Translations under genes and position numbers: made by a program
The notes under the pieces: generated by a model
What the model was told of the DNA's origin: nothing
Databases searched by the model: none
What the model saw: only the letters and a program-made list of their open reading frames with translations
Assembly: GCA_965261595.1 (NCBI GenBank)
Contig: CBDHDG010000004.1
Span: forward strand, 384,001-448,000
DNA length: 64,000 bases
Source of the DNA: a bacterium
GTDB taxonomy: Bacteria; UBA8248; JACPRG01; G963555815
Direction of reading: 5' to 3'
Shown here: in pieces, positions 8,960 to 19,515 of the stretch
How positions within the stretch are numbered: the first letter of the stretch is position 1
Layout: each line of letters begins with the position of its first letter

Positions 8960-9759
8960 CCGAGGATTTTTTCTTGCGCGGGCTGATCGGGGGGCTCGGC
9001 GTGGCCGTCGTGGCCGGTCCCTTGGGGTGCTTCGTCGTTTGGCGGCGGATGGCCTATTTCAGCGAATCGCTGGCGCACACCTCCCTCCTGGGCGTGGCCC
9101 TCGGCTTCCTCCTGGGCGTCAACCTGACCGCCGGGATCATTACAGCGTGCGTGGCGCTGGCCCTTCTCCTCGCAACCCTTCAGGGGCGGGGACGGCTCGC
9201 GACCGACACCCTCCTGGGCATCATGGCCCACGCGGCGCTTTCGGTGGGACTGGTGGTCATGAGTCTGATGGAGGGCCTGCGGGTCGATCTGCTCGGCTAC
9301 CTGTTCGGGGACATCCTCTCCATCACCCGGTCCGACCTGTATTGGGTGTACGGCGGGGGCGCCGGGGCGCTGGGGGCGCTGGCGTGGATATGGCGGCCGC
9401 TTCTCGCCCTCACCGTTCAGGAGGAGCTGGCCCGCGCGGAAGGGGTTCCCGTAGCGGCGGTGCGCCTGGGGTTCATGCTCATCATCGCCCTGGTCGTCGC
9501 GATCACGATGAAGATCATCGGCATCCTGCTGATCACGTCCCTTCTGATCATCCCGGCCGCGACGGCCCGGCGCTTCGCCCGGACGCCCGAGCAGATGGCC
9601 GTCCTCGCGAGCGGAATCGGCGCGCTGGCCGTGGTCGGGGGTCTCTTCGCCTCGCTGCGGTGGGACACGCCCACGGGCCCTTCCATCGTCGTCGCTGCGA
9701 CGATCCTGTTCGTTCTGGCCTTCGCCTCGGGCGGGTTCCCGTCACGGTCCGGGGTTTGA
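8956..9759 (+). CDS. znuB: Zinc ABC transporter permease
   Basis: GPLGCFVVWRRMAYF, YLFGDIL, LLIIPAATAR, DTPTGPSIV. Confidence 0.92.
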   Translation: MTEDFFLRGLIGGLGVAVVAGPLGCFVVWRRMAYFSESLAHTSLLGVALGFLLGVNLTAGIITACVALALLLATLQGRGRLATDTLLGIMAHAALSVGLVVMSLMEGLRVDLLGYLFGDILSITRSDLYWVYGGGAGALGALAWIWRPLLALTVQEELARAEGVPVAAVRLGFMLIIALVVAITMKIIGILLITSLLIIPAATARRFARTPEQMAVLASGIGALAVVGGLFASLRWDTPTGPSIVVAATILFVLAFASGGFPSRSGV

Positions 9760-10010
9760 GGCGGCGTCGCTTTGGGTCCTCGCGGGCGTGTAAACGAAAA
9801 GGCGACACTGGATGGAACGACAAAGCGGCATGAAGTGGAAGGTCAAGCGATGGCCGCACAATTCTCGCTTAACCCGCATTTCTCATCAAGAGATTCGGCA
9901 AGCCATCTTTCAACCTGTCAACTCGTCGTGGGCAATCATTTACCCAAGAGAACGGAGAGACTCGGTCTGCACACCCTGTGGTTCACGGAAGGACCAGATT
10001 CAATGGCGGT

Positions 10011-10087
10011 GTAGTGCGGAGACTTCAGCCTCCGCCCAAGCGCCACGCCGGATCGAAAAGCAGCGGAGGCTAAAGCCTCCGCGCTAC
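10011..10087. repeat. GTAG-type REP doublet (REPIN-like)
   Basis: gtagtgcggagacttcagcctccgc (10011-10035) and inverted gcggaggctaaagcctccgcgctac (10063-10087). Confidence 0.75.
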
Positions 10088-10186
10088 ATCGTATTCGCGA
10101 ACGGGTGGACCCGCTATTGATCATTGACCGCTCACCGCCCTTTGGGTCGGATGGTTGGTGAGATATCCAGGTTAACCAGGGCTTGT

Positions 10187-10480
10187 TGTCATTCCGAGCG
10201 TAGCGAGGAATCTCGCCCCGATTCAAAACAAAGCGCTTCCGCCACCCTCCAGATGAAGGGCCGTGCGGACGTACTGCATCTACTTCATGACCAACCCGTC
10301 GGGGACCGCGTAACGAATAACCTGAAGCGGCGGGTCTGGGACCATCATTCAATGCGCGGTCTTGGTCGTATACATCCAATCGCTCAACCGGGGTCGGCGT
10401 GACTTGCGCGAGGATAAGCTTAAAGAAGAAGAACCTTTCCTTCTATCGAAGCGCGATTCCTCATTTCATTCGGAATGACA
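10187..10480 (+). pseudogene. GIY-YIG endonuclease remnant between inverted repeats
   Basis: RTYCIYFMTNPSGT, then frameshifted VTNNLKRRVWDH; bounded by tgtcattccga..gaggaatc (10187-10216) and its inverse (10451-10480). Confidence 0.6.
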
Positions 10481-10614
10481 TCGTTCTGCCGGAAACGGGG
10501 GTTGGGACGGCCGGGGGAATCAACCCTTGTTATTATCAGAACCCGAATTTTCTCTTGAAATGATCAAAGCGCTCACCGAGCAAAACGACTGTTCGATACG
10601 CACCCAATCGCTTC

Positions 10615-11616
10615 TCACTCGACACCCAGCTCCAGCAAGAATCTGCGGTACGCCAGGGCCAGGATGTCCGGGACCTTCAGGTGAAGCTCCTCGGCCAGGT
10701 CCAGGGGGATTTCCTCAGGCCGCTGGTTTTCGACAATCACCCGGTCCTGCTCGGCGATGATTTCGTCAATTTGCTGACCTTCAATCAGTCTATCCTCCAT
10801 AAAGGCCGCCTGGTTCGACTCGGAGTCCGCCGGAGAACCAGGTTCAACGCGAGTGGCGGTCATCAAGAATCGTGTGCAGATCTTCTCGGTCTGGGGCCCA
10901 TGGGGAGAGACCACGGCTATTGTTTTACCGTTCGGGAACTCGGACAATTGATAAATCGAAAAAGGGCGGTAAAGGATGTAGTTGCGATAGTGGGGAAACG
11001 GTTCATCCGGCGCCGGGGGATCCGTGTACCGGAAGCGCAGCGATTCCCCGGCCCTTTCCACCCTCATCTTCGGCGTGATCGGTCGGGAGCGGTCGCCCAG
11101 GATGCCTTCGTGCACCCAGGAAAAATGACCCAGGTCGAAGAAGTTTTCCATCGCCCGTGCGGCGCTGCACCGCCAGACCCGCTGATCTCTGAATGTGATC
11201 TGAAACTCGGGGTCCTCGAGGGCCGGAAAGTCGGGAATGGGCGCCCGCGGGTTCCTGGACAGGCAGACCCAGACGATGCCGTAGCGCTCTTCGGCAAGAT
11301 AAGCTGTCAGGCAAGCCTTTTTCGGAATGGAATGATCCGGCGGCAGGGAGGGAATCCGCACGCATCGGCCGTCCGGGTCGTAGGCCCACCCGTGATACGC
11401 GCAAACGACCCGCTCGCCCTCGATCCAACCCAACGAGATGGGCGTGCCCCGGTGAACGCAGAGGTCCGCAAAAGCGGCCCACCGCTCTCCCAGCCGGCAG
11501 ACAGCGATATCCTCCCCCAGCAGCCGGGCGGCCACCGGCCGGTCGCCGACGTTTTCCGCAAACGTGACGGGGTGCCAATACTCCCTGACAGCGGGCCAAA
11601 GGGCGCGCTCTCTCAT
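10615..11616 (-). CDS. Rieske non-heme iron oxygenase alpha subunit (VanA/NdmA-like demethylase group), copy 1
   Basis: CVH...CAYH Rieske motif; ENFFDLGHFSWVH mononuclear Fe motif. Confidence 0.9.
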   Translation of the reverse strand: MRERALWPAVREYWHPVTFAENVGDRPVAARLLGEDIAVCRLGERWAAFADLCVHRGTPISLGWIEGERVVCAYHGWAYDPDGRCVRIPSLPPDHSIPKKACLTAYLAEERYGIVWVCLSRNPRAPIPDFPALEDPEFQITFRDQRVWRCSAARAMENFFDLGHFSWVHEGILGDRSRPITPKMRVERAGESLRFRYTDPPAPDEPFPHYRNYILYRPFSIYQLSEFPNGKTIAVVSPHGPQTEKICTRFLMTATRVEPGSPADSESNQAAFMEDRLIEGQQIDEIIAEQDRVIVENQRPEEIPLDLAEELHLKVPDILALAYRRFLLELGVE

Positions 11617-12047
11617 GTGCAAATTCCCCCGGGACGCAAGATTCGGTGAAGGCAGATTATCAGCGCTCCCCGGGTTGTCAAGCATCTTCGAGGAGAGGAT
11701 GGGGAGGGTGGTGAAAGAATGGCTTCAGGTTTCAATCCAGGTCCGCGAAAGCCGGACCCCAAAATCAACGACCTGTAGGATCCTCAATCACGCCCCCTTG
11801 GTTCCTGATCATTCAAAACCCACCTCCAATTCTTCATGGAACGGTTTGAGGAAGAAGAACCTTTTTCTAAATCGAAGCGAGATTCCTCATTTCATTCGGA
11901 ATGACATCGTTCTGCCGGAAACGGCGGTTGGGACATCCGGGGGAATCAACCCATTTTATTATCAGAACCTGAACTCTCTCTTGAAATGATCAAATCTCTT
12001 GCTGCCCGTCGAGAAAAACGAATGCTCAATACGCATCCAATCGCTTC

Positions 12048-13050
12048 TCACTCGACACCCAGCTCCTGCATGAATCTGCGATACGCCAGGGCCAGGGTGT
12101 CCGGGACCTTCAGGTGAAGCTCCTCGGCCAGGTCCAGAGGGATTTCCTCCGGCCGCTGGTTTTCGACAATCACCCGGTCCTGCTCGGCAATAACGTCTTC
12201 AATCTTCCGGCCCTCGATCTTTCTGTCCCCCATGTACCCTGTTTGGGTGGATTCGATTTCCGCCGGTGAACCCGCTTCAACACGCTCGGTCGCCAACACA
12301 AAGCGCGTGCACACCTTCTCGGTTTCCGGGCAGTGGGGCGAAGCCATGGCCACCGTCCTGCCGTTCGGGTGCTCGGACCATTGATAGATGGAAAAAGGCC
12401 GGTGAAGCGTGTAATTCCGCCGATGATGGAACGGTTCATCCGAATCCGGGGGGTGCGTATACCAGAAGTGGAGCCGTTCTCCATCCTTATCCACCCGCAT
12501 GTTCGGCGTGATCGGTCGGGAACGATCGCCGAGGATACCCTCGTGCACCCAAGGGAAATGGGCCAAATCGAAAAAGTTCTCCATGGCGCGCGCGGCGCTG
12601 CATTTCCAAACCCGTTGGTCGCGGTAGGTGACCTGATACTCGGATTCCTCGAAGGCCGGAAAGTCGGGAATGGGCGCCCGCGGGTTCCTGGACAGGCAGA
12701 CCCAGACGATGCCGTAGCGCTCTTCGGCAAGATACGATGTCAGGCACGCCTTTTTCGGAATGGGATGATCGGCCGGCAGGGAGAGAATCCCCACGCATCG
12801 GCCGTCCGGGTCATAGGTCCATCCGTGATAAGCGCAAACGACCCGCTCGCCCTCCACTCCAACCCAACGAGATGGGCGTGCCCCGGTGAATGCACAGGTC
12901 CGCAAAAGCGGCCCACCGCTCCCCGAGCCGGCAGACAGCGATATCCTCCCCCAGCAGACGCGCCGCCATCGGCCGGTCGCCGACGTTTTCCGCAAACGTG
13001 ACGGGGTGCCAATACTCCCTGACGGCGGGCCAAAGGGCGCTCTCTCGCAT
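12048..13050 (-). pseudogene. Rieske oxygenase alpha subunit copy 2, +1 frameshift near 12858
   Basis: Tandem duplicate of copy 1; ttgggttggAgtggag has one extra base versus ttgggttggatcgag. Confidence 0.85.
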
Positions 13051-13399
13051 GTTCGCATTTCCCCGGGACAACAAGATTCAGTGAAGGCAGATTATCAGCG
13101 TCCCCCGCGTTGTCAAGGATCTTCCAACTGGGGGGCGGGCGTCGGAGGATATGCCTTCAGGATTGAATCGAACTCCGCGAGGGCTGGACCTTTTGCGCAC
13201 CGATTATCACGCCATCTTCAACCTGTGTCATTGATGGCCCGACTTCAACTCTTCCTTCAGGTTAGAATTCCTTGACTTTCCGCGGCATTCAGGGAATTGT
13301 AACGCTTCATCTTCGACAGACTGCTTCTCGCTTCCACCGCGGGGTGGGAATCCTGATTCTGACGGAATCACAATGAGGTTTTCAGATAGGAGAAAGGTA

Positions 13400-14398
13400 T
13401 TAAATCCTTATCAAAGTGTTTAGTGATTGGAGCAATTTTGACCTTTCTGCTTTCAGCCGCTCCACCGCGGACTTAAGCGGGGGATAAGGCTCTCTGGACT
13501 CTTGACTGGGCTCCTTACGCCGCCCACACAGGGTTTTGGCACGCCTTCGAGGAAGGATTTTTCAAAAGAGCCGGGATTGACGTCAAGATCATCCGGGGTT
13601 ATGGCTCTGGGGACACCATCAAGCGGATCGCGGCGAAGAAAGGCGACTTCGGATTCGCCGATACCGGCACGCTGGTGGTCGCGCGCAGCAAGGGTGCAAA
13701 GGTGAAGAGTTTGGGCGTCCTCCACAACAACGAGGCCCATTCCGTCTATGCCCTGAAGAGCTCGGGCATCATGTCCATCAAAGATTTGCGGGGGAAGCAC
13801 TACGGCGATTCCAAGGGCGGTTCCACCGCAGCCCTGTTCCCCGCACTAGCGGCCGTTCACGGCGTGAAGAACTGGAAGTTCACGCACCTTGCCCCGACCG
13901 CTAAAGAATCCCGCCCTTCTAGGCAAGACGGTGGATTTCATCTCCACCTATTCAGACGTCTCTGAAGGCATGAGACGCGCGGCCAGGAAGATGGGCGATG
14001 AGCTCATCGAGCTGCGCTGGTCCGACTACGGCCTGACGTTTCACGGCAACGGCATCGTCGCCCATGACGATACCATCGCCAACCGGGCGGATCTCACCGG
14101 CCGGTTCGTGAATGCGGTCTTCGCAGGCGTCGCCGATGCCATCAAAAACCCCGGCAAGGCGGTGGATAATTTCATCAAGCACGCCCCAACGATGAACCGC
14201 GACATTCTGGTTGCATCGTGGGACATGACCATCTCCCGCGCCCTTACCCCTGAGACCAAAAAGATCGGGGTTGGCGGCCTGAGCCGCAAGAAGATGCAAT
14301 CCAACATCGACATCATCACCAAGTGGATGAAGGTCCCGACAAAGGCGAAGATCTCGGACATCTACGCCCCCGGGGTTCTGAAAAAGCATTTGCCGTAA
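13400..14398 (+). pseudogene. NMT1/THI5-like ABC substrate-binding protein, frameshifted (start approximate)
   Basis: GFFKRAGIDVKIIRGYGSGDT, DFGFAD, IKDLRGK, HGNGIVAH; frame change near 13905 and degraded 5' end. Confidence 0.75.
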
Positions 14399-14414
14399 CA
14401 CGGCCTTTGAGCCT

Positions 14415-14453
14415 GCGGGGTTGAGGATTCAGCCTAGCCCCGCCGGTTTTTTT
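14415..14453 (+). terminator. Intrinsic terminator
   Basis: gcgggg...ccccgc stem followed by T7 just after the binding-protein stop. Confidence 0.6.
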
Positions 14454-14564
14454 GTGGATAATCCGAGTCATGGACCCTGCGGCAGACCCGTGGGATTGGA
14501 GTTCTGAGTCTCCATCTAAGAGTCGGCTTGAATCTCCCGGCTGGAAGGAACGAGGAGAGAGAAC

Positions 14565-15563
14565 ATGAATGAAAGCGCGGTAAAGGAAGCCCCGATTCTA
14601 GAGGGCGCGCTTTGGCCGGCCTTGAGAGAGTACTGGCACGTCGTTGCTTATTCCGAAGACGTTCCGGAAGACAAAATCTTTCCCTTTACGCTCTTGGATG
14701 AAGAGATCGTGATTTGCAGACTCGGGGGGAAGCTGGTTGCTTTTTCCGATCTTTGCGTCCACCGGGGAACGCCCATCTCCCTGGGTACCATCGAGCGTGA
14801 CCGGGTCGTGTGCTACTATCACGGCTGGGAATACAACGCCGAGGGGAAATGCACCCGGATTCCCTCGATTCCGGACGAGCACCCCATTCCCAAACGGGCT
14901 TGTCTAAAGGCATTCTCTGTCCAGGAGCGGTACGGGATGATCTGGGTTTGCCTGTCCGCCACGCCCCGTGCTCCGATTCCCGAATGCCCGCTGGCCGAAG
15001 ACCCGGCGTATAAACTGGTGTTCCAGAACAAGTGGATTTGGAAAGCCGGCGCGGCCCGCGCGACCGAAAACTTTTTCGACCAGGCGCATTTCGCGTTTGT
15101 GCATCGGGGGATTCTGGGGAGTCCGGATAGGCCGAGGGTGGCGGCCCCCACCATCGAACGCGACGGAGACGTCCTCGATTTCTGGGTGGATGTCCCCGCC
15201 GATTCCACCCACGAGATCCCCTATGTACGCCGATACACCGTCTTCCGCCCTTTCACGATTTATCAGCGCAAGGAAGTGCCGGATGGGGGAAAAGAGGTTT
15301 ACCTGAATTACTCCTGCCCCAATTCAGAAAAGCACACCACCCGGTTTTTAAAAATCTTCCGGAATTATGAGCCCGAACCGGGTAAAGCGACGGGGTTTGA
15401 AGAATTCACCGATCTGGTTGTGGAACAGGACCGGATCATCGTCGAGCGGCAGAAGCCGGAGGAGCTGCCCCTGGACCTCTCCGAGGAGCTACACGTCAAG
15501 GCGCCCGACGCCATCGCGGTCCAATACCGAAGATTCATGAAAGAGCTGGGCGTCGATTGCTGA
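14565..15563 (+). CDS. Rieske oxygenase alpha subunit, copy 3
   Basis: CVH...CYYH; ENFFDQAHFAFVH; EELPLDLSEELH tail. Confidence 0.9.
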   Translation: MNESAVKEAPILEGALWPALREYWHVVAYSEDVPEDKIFPFTLLDEEIVICRLGGKLVAFSDLCVHRGTPISLGTIERDRVVCYYHGWEYNAEGKCTRIPSIPDEHPIPKRACLKAFSVQERYGMIWVCLSATPRAPIPECPLAEDPAYKLVFQNKWIWKAGAARATENFFDQAHFAFVHRGILGSPDRPRVAAPTIERDGDVLDFWVDVPADSTHEIPYVRRYTVFRPFTIYQRKEVPDGGKEVYLNYSCPNSEKHTTRFLKIFRNYEPEPGKATGFEEFTDLVVEQDRIIVERQKPEELPLDLSEELHVKAPDAIAVQYRRFMKELGVDC

Positions 15564-16106
15564 AATCGTGAGTGGCCGCTCTCTTTTACGAGACTGGTTC
15601 TCCCCATCCGATTGAGGGACAGAGCGCGATGCCACGTCCCCCGGGGATTGCGGTGTCGGAGACATGGGCATTCATCCGTCTCCAGAGCCCCAACCATGTG
15701 GCTTCGATAAGGATGGTCTGCCCCCCATTTTTGTATCAGGTTCTACGCGACCCTTCTGCATCGTATAGGCGCCGGACCGGTAAGCCATCGCCATCGCTTC
15801 ATGGCTGACCTCCCTCTCGGTCAGCCCCAATTCTCCCTTATTTCAAACCCTCTCCAATGGGAGCACTATACCGGGACAGGGAGCGTCTGGGGTCAGGTCT
15901 CACATTCTATCATTTCGCGGGTTGGGCGCAATTTTTGGAAGGCAAGGAGGAGCCAACACCCCGATTCAGGAACGGAAGGCGGGCTGGAAGCCCGCCTCGC
16001 CAGGGGATCGGGAAAGGCTGTTTGCAAGGATTCTCTTGGGGACGTGAAAGGAGGCCCCCCAAGGTCTTCGCCGCCGAAAAAAGGGCGGCCCGACTTCACA
16101 AACGGC

Positions 16107-17285
16107 CTAACTCATCAGCTTCGCCTCGTGCGGAAACCTGCTGATGATCTCGTAACCCGTCTCCGTGACGATGAGGTTCTCCTCCAGGCGGACGCCCTGC
16201 CCCCCTTCCCCCGCGTACGTCTCGATCGCCAGGACCATATTGGGCTCGATGGGAACGGGGTGCTCCTTGGAGGAGGCGGTGATGAAGGGCGGCTCGTGCG
16301 TGCTCATTCCGACGCTGTGGGCGAAGTCGAGCGTCGTCTCCGAGTAGTCGTCGGGCTCGTTCCACCGGCCCGCGATGTCGGCGCTGGTGGCCCCCGGCTT
16401 CACGGCCTCGATCCCCGCCCACATCGAGTCGTAGCAGCGCTTGTAGAGCACCTTCTGCTCGTCGGTCGCCCGGTCGCCGACCAGGAATGTCCGGACGTAG
16501 TCGCAGCCGTAGCCGTTGTGGTTGTGCACCCGGTCGATGATGACCAGGTCCCCGTCGTGGAGGATCCGGTCGGTGAAGAGAAGCCGCCAGTAAGGGTGGG
16601 TGTGATCGCCCGAGGCGAAGTTCCCGCCGCCCGCGTAGAGCCAGCAGCAGTTCCGCGTGAGCTCGCGCAGGACGTCCCCCTGGATGTCGCACTCCCGCAC
16701 ACCGGGCCGGATGCTGCTTCGGACGACCTCGAACGCCGCGTCGGCCAGGGCGACCGAGAGGCGGATGCACTCGATCTCATCGGGCAGCTTGATCCGCCGG
16801 GCCTCCATCATCGCCCCGCCGTCGTCGGTGATTTCGAGTCCCGCCAGCCGGGCCTCCTCCTGAACGCGGAAGTCGAGCCGGTCCAGGGCGATGCGGTCGG
16901 TCCGGACGCCGAGCTCTTTCAGGACGCCCCGGATCAGCCCCCCCCATTCGCCCGTCAGCGTCCGGGGGAGAAACGTCAGGGGAACCGAGGGCCGGATGTG
17001 GTCCCCAAGCCAGGGGGCGCACACCTTCTGGCGCTCGAGGTCCCCGCCCAGCTCGAAGAGGATGGGCTCATGCCCCTTCGCCAGGACGCAGTACCGGGCG
17101 GCGGCCAGCGTCGGGGAAGGGTTCCCGAAAGTCCCCGTGATGTAGCGGACGTTATTGGCGTCGAAGGCCACCAGGACCTCGACCCCGAAGTCGTCCATGG
17201 CCTTCCGGGCTTTATCGAGACGCGCGCGTCTCAGCCGGCCGAAGTCCACCCGATCTTCATAGTCCACCATGTATTGGCCGGGCAT
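16107..17285 (-). CDS. M24 (Xaa-Pro peptidase/creatinase-fold) protein
   Basis: RRIKLPDEIE, D/D/H/E/E metal ligands (LVIID, GCDYVRT, AHSVG, AIETY, RLEEN). Confidence 0.85.
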   Translation of the reverse strand: MPGQYMVDYEDRVDFGRLRRARLDKARKAMDDFGVEVLVAFDANNVRYITGTFGNPSPTLAAARYCVLAKGHEPILFELGGDLERQKVCAPWLGDHIRPSVPLTFLPRTLTGEWGGLIRGVLKELGVRTDRIALDRLDFRVQEEARLAGLEITDDGGAMMEARRIKLPDEIECIRLSVALADAAFEVVRSSIRPGVRECDIQGDVLRELTRNCCWLYAGGGNFASGDHTHPYWRLLFTDRILHDGDLVIIDRVHNHNGYGCDYVRTFLVGDRATDEQKVLYKRCYDSMWAGIEAVKPGATSADIAGRWNEPDDYSETTLDFAHSVGMSTHEPPFITASSKEHPVPIEPNMVLAIETYAGEGGQGVRLEENLIVTETGYEIISRFPHEAKLMS

Positions 17286-17345
17286 CGTCTTCTCCTCGCC
17301 TTCCGGACGGAACCTCCGCCGGAACTCGTCACGTCCGCCGCCTGA

Positions 17346-18116
17346 TCAATCGTGAATGTAGCTGAACCGGTCCGCGGTTCCCCGCTCCTTGTGCCAATCC
17401 TCGGAAATCACGACATTCCCGGTCCCCTCCAACTCGGTGAGGACGTGCAGGAGGGGATCCACGGTGTGGTCGGGCTTCCAGCACGTCCGGCCCTTGAGGT
17501 AGCCGGGCGGGGTTTTCTCCTGGAAATGCGTGTCGGCGAGGCCCGGGCAGAGCGTGTTCACGCGGATGCCGTACTTCTCCACCTGCATGGACAGGAAATG
17601 GGAGACGCCGTTGACGCAGACCTTGGAGGTCGTGTACGGAAAACTCCGGAGGAAATCGATCTTGAACCCGGCCGACGTCGTGGAAGAGGAGACGTTGACG
17701 ATGTGACCCGATCCACGGTCGATCATGTGCGGAATGATCGACTTGCAGCAGATGAAGAGCCCCCTCACGTTGACGCTGTAGACCCGGTCCCATTCCTCGA
17801 CGCTCAGGGTGTGCAGCTCCCCCATCGGCCCGGCGATGCCCGCGTTGTTGACCAGGATATCCACCTGCCCGAAATGAGAGAGGGCCTCATCCACCATGCG
17901 CTTCGCCCGGGACTCCTCGGACACGTCCACCTCCAGGGCCAGCGCCGTGGACTCGTCCCGCTGGATGGCCTCGACCACCCGCTCCGCCTGGTCCAGGTCG
18001 ATATCCGCGACGACGACGTTGGCGCCCTCGCGCGCGACCGCCCTGCTCATGTTCTCGCCGAATCCCCGGCCTCCGCCCGTGACGATGACCGTCTGACCCG
18101 TCAGTTTTCCCGCCAT
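17346..18116 (-). CDS. Short-chain dehydrogenase/reductase
   Basis: TGGGRGFG, LVNNAG, YTTSK, IRVNTLCPG. Confidence 0.92.
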   Translation of the reverse strand: MAGKLTGQTVIVTGGGRGFGENMSRAVAREGANVVVADIDLDQAERVVEAIQRDESTALALEVDVSEESRAKRMVDEALSHFGQVDILVNNAGIAGPMGELHTLSVEEWDRVYSVNVRGLFICCKSIIPHMIDRGSGHIVNVSSSTTSAGFKIDFLRSFPYTTSKVCVNGVSHFLSMQVEKYGIRVNTLCPGLADTHFQEKTPPGYLKGRTCWKPDHTVDPLLHVLTELEGTGNVVISEDWHKERGTADRFSYIHD

Positions 18117-18198
18117 GCCCTTGTCTCTCCTTTTCCCCTCCCCGGCCCGAACGGCGCTTCACGCCCGTCCGGGTCCATCTCCTTTTCAATCAAAAACT

Positions 18199-19164
18199 TC
18201 ACTCTACGCCCAGCTCGGCCAGAAACCTCCGGTATTCCAGAGCGATGGCGTCCGGACCCTTGACGTGCAGCTCCTCGCTCAAATCCAGGGGCAGCTCCTC
18301 GGGCCGCTGGTTCTCGATGATCACCAGGTCCTGCGCCATGACCGTGTCCGTGAGCTGTTCGCGCTTGGCCCCTTCCGGACGGTCGGACTGATAGTTGCGC
18401 GCGATGATCATGAACCGGGTGCACTCCCCGGCCGTATTCGGCGTGGAGACGTTCAGGTAGACCTCGGTCTTGCCGTCCGCCTCTTCTTTCCACTGGTAGA
18501 TGGTGAAGGGCCGGGTGAGGCGGTAGTTACGGCGGTGGGGGACGGGATGAAGCGTGTCGGCGTAGGTGTCGAGCCAGAAGCGGAGGTCTTCGCCGTCTCG
18601 CTCGATCTCGGCGTCCGGCACGCGCGCGTTCTCCCGGCTGCCCAGGATGCCTTCGTGGACCCACGGGAAGTGGCCCTGATCGATGAAGTTCTCCGTCGCC
18701 CGGGCGGCGCTGCACCTCTGGACGAGTTTCTTCCGGTAAAGCTCCTCGAAGCCGGGGTCCTCGAAGACCGGGTAATCGGGGATGGGGGTCCGCTCCTCCC
18801 CCAGGAGGACCCAGACCAGACCGTACTTCTCCCGCGCCCGACAAGTCTCAAGACACGCCTTTTTCGGGATGGGATGCTCGGGGGGAATCGAAGGAATGCG
18901 TGTGCATTTCCCTTCCGCGTTGTACGACCAGCCGTGGTAGGCGCAGACAATCTCCTCCCCTTCCACCCAGCCGAGGGAGAGGGGCGTTCCCCGGTGGATG
19001 CAGAGGTCCTTGAACGCCGCCGGACGGCCGCCCAGCCGGCACACGACGATGCGCTCGTCCAGGAGGATGAAGGGGACGGGCCTGTCGGTCACCTCGTGGT
19101 CATAGGCGACCGGATGCCAATACCCCCTCAGATCCGGCCAAAGCGCGCTTTCGAGCCTTGCCAT
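18199..19164 (-). CDS. Rieske oxygenase alpha subunit, copy 4
   Basis: CIH...CAYH; ENFIDQGHFPWVH; heads an operon with the SDR and M24 genes. Confidence 0.9.
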   Translation of the reverse strand: MARLESALWPDLRGYWHPVAYDHEVTDRPVPFILLDERIVVCRLGGRPAAFKDLCIHRGTPLSLGWVEGEEIVCAYHGWSYNAEGKCTRIPSIPPEHPIPKKACLETCRAREKYGLVWVLLGEERTPIPDYPVFEDPGFEELYRKKLVQRCSAARATENFIDQGHFPWVHEGILGSRENARVPDAEIERDGEDLRFWLDTYADTLHPVPHRRNYRLTRPFTIYQWKEEADGKTEVYLNVSTPNTAGECTRFMIIARNYQSDRPEGAKREQLTDTVMAQDLVIIENQRPEELPLDLSEELHVKGPDAIALEYRRFLAELGVE

Positions 19165-19515
19165 TCTTTTCGTCCTCCGGAGCGACGCCGGCGGGCTTCG
19201 GGAATTCCGTTGCCTTGGGATCGGCGCGTAGCGGCATTCGCCGCGCCTACCCATATCCTACTGTCATTTCGGTGCGGATTTCCAGACCGGCCGCGGTTTC
19301 GCGTCGGAATCGGGTTGACCCGCCGGTCAATGTCCCGGGTGTGCAATCCGTGACGGCGATGATGTGGAGTCCGGGTCGCGGGGGGGGGGAAGGGGGGAGG
19401 AGGATGAGGACAGCGATCTTCGTAACTCAATGCTTCGGGGATTATTCTCCGGAGGGAGGCGACGGAGAGGGCGGGAACATCGCCGTTCGTCCTCTCCGCC
19501 GGGAGTGATTCACCT

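Noticed and set aside
16015..16108. Short imperfect IR pair aggctgtttgcaag / cttcacaaacggcct
   Set aside because: Possibly a tiny MITE, but too short and single-copy here to support
19315..19330. TTGACC-N4-GGTCAA palindrome as an FNR box
   Set aside because: Spacing is 2 bp longer than TTGAT-N4-ATCAA; may bind another regulator, but this cannot be supported
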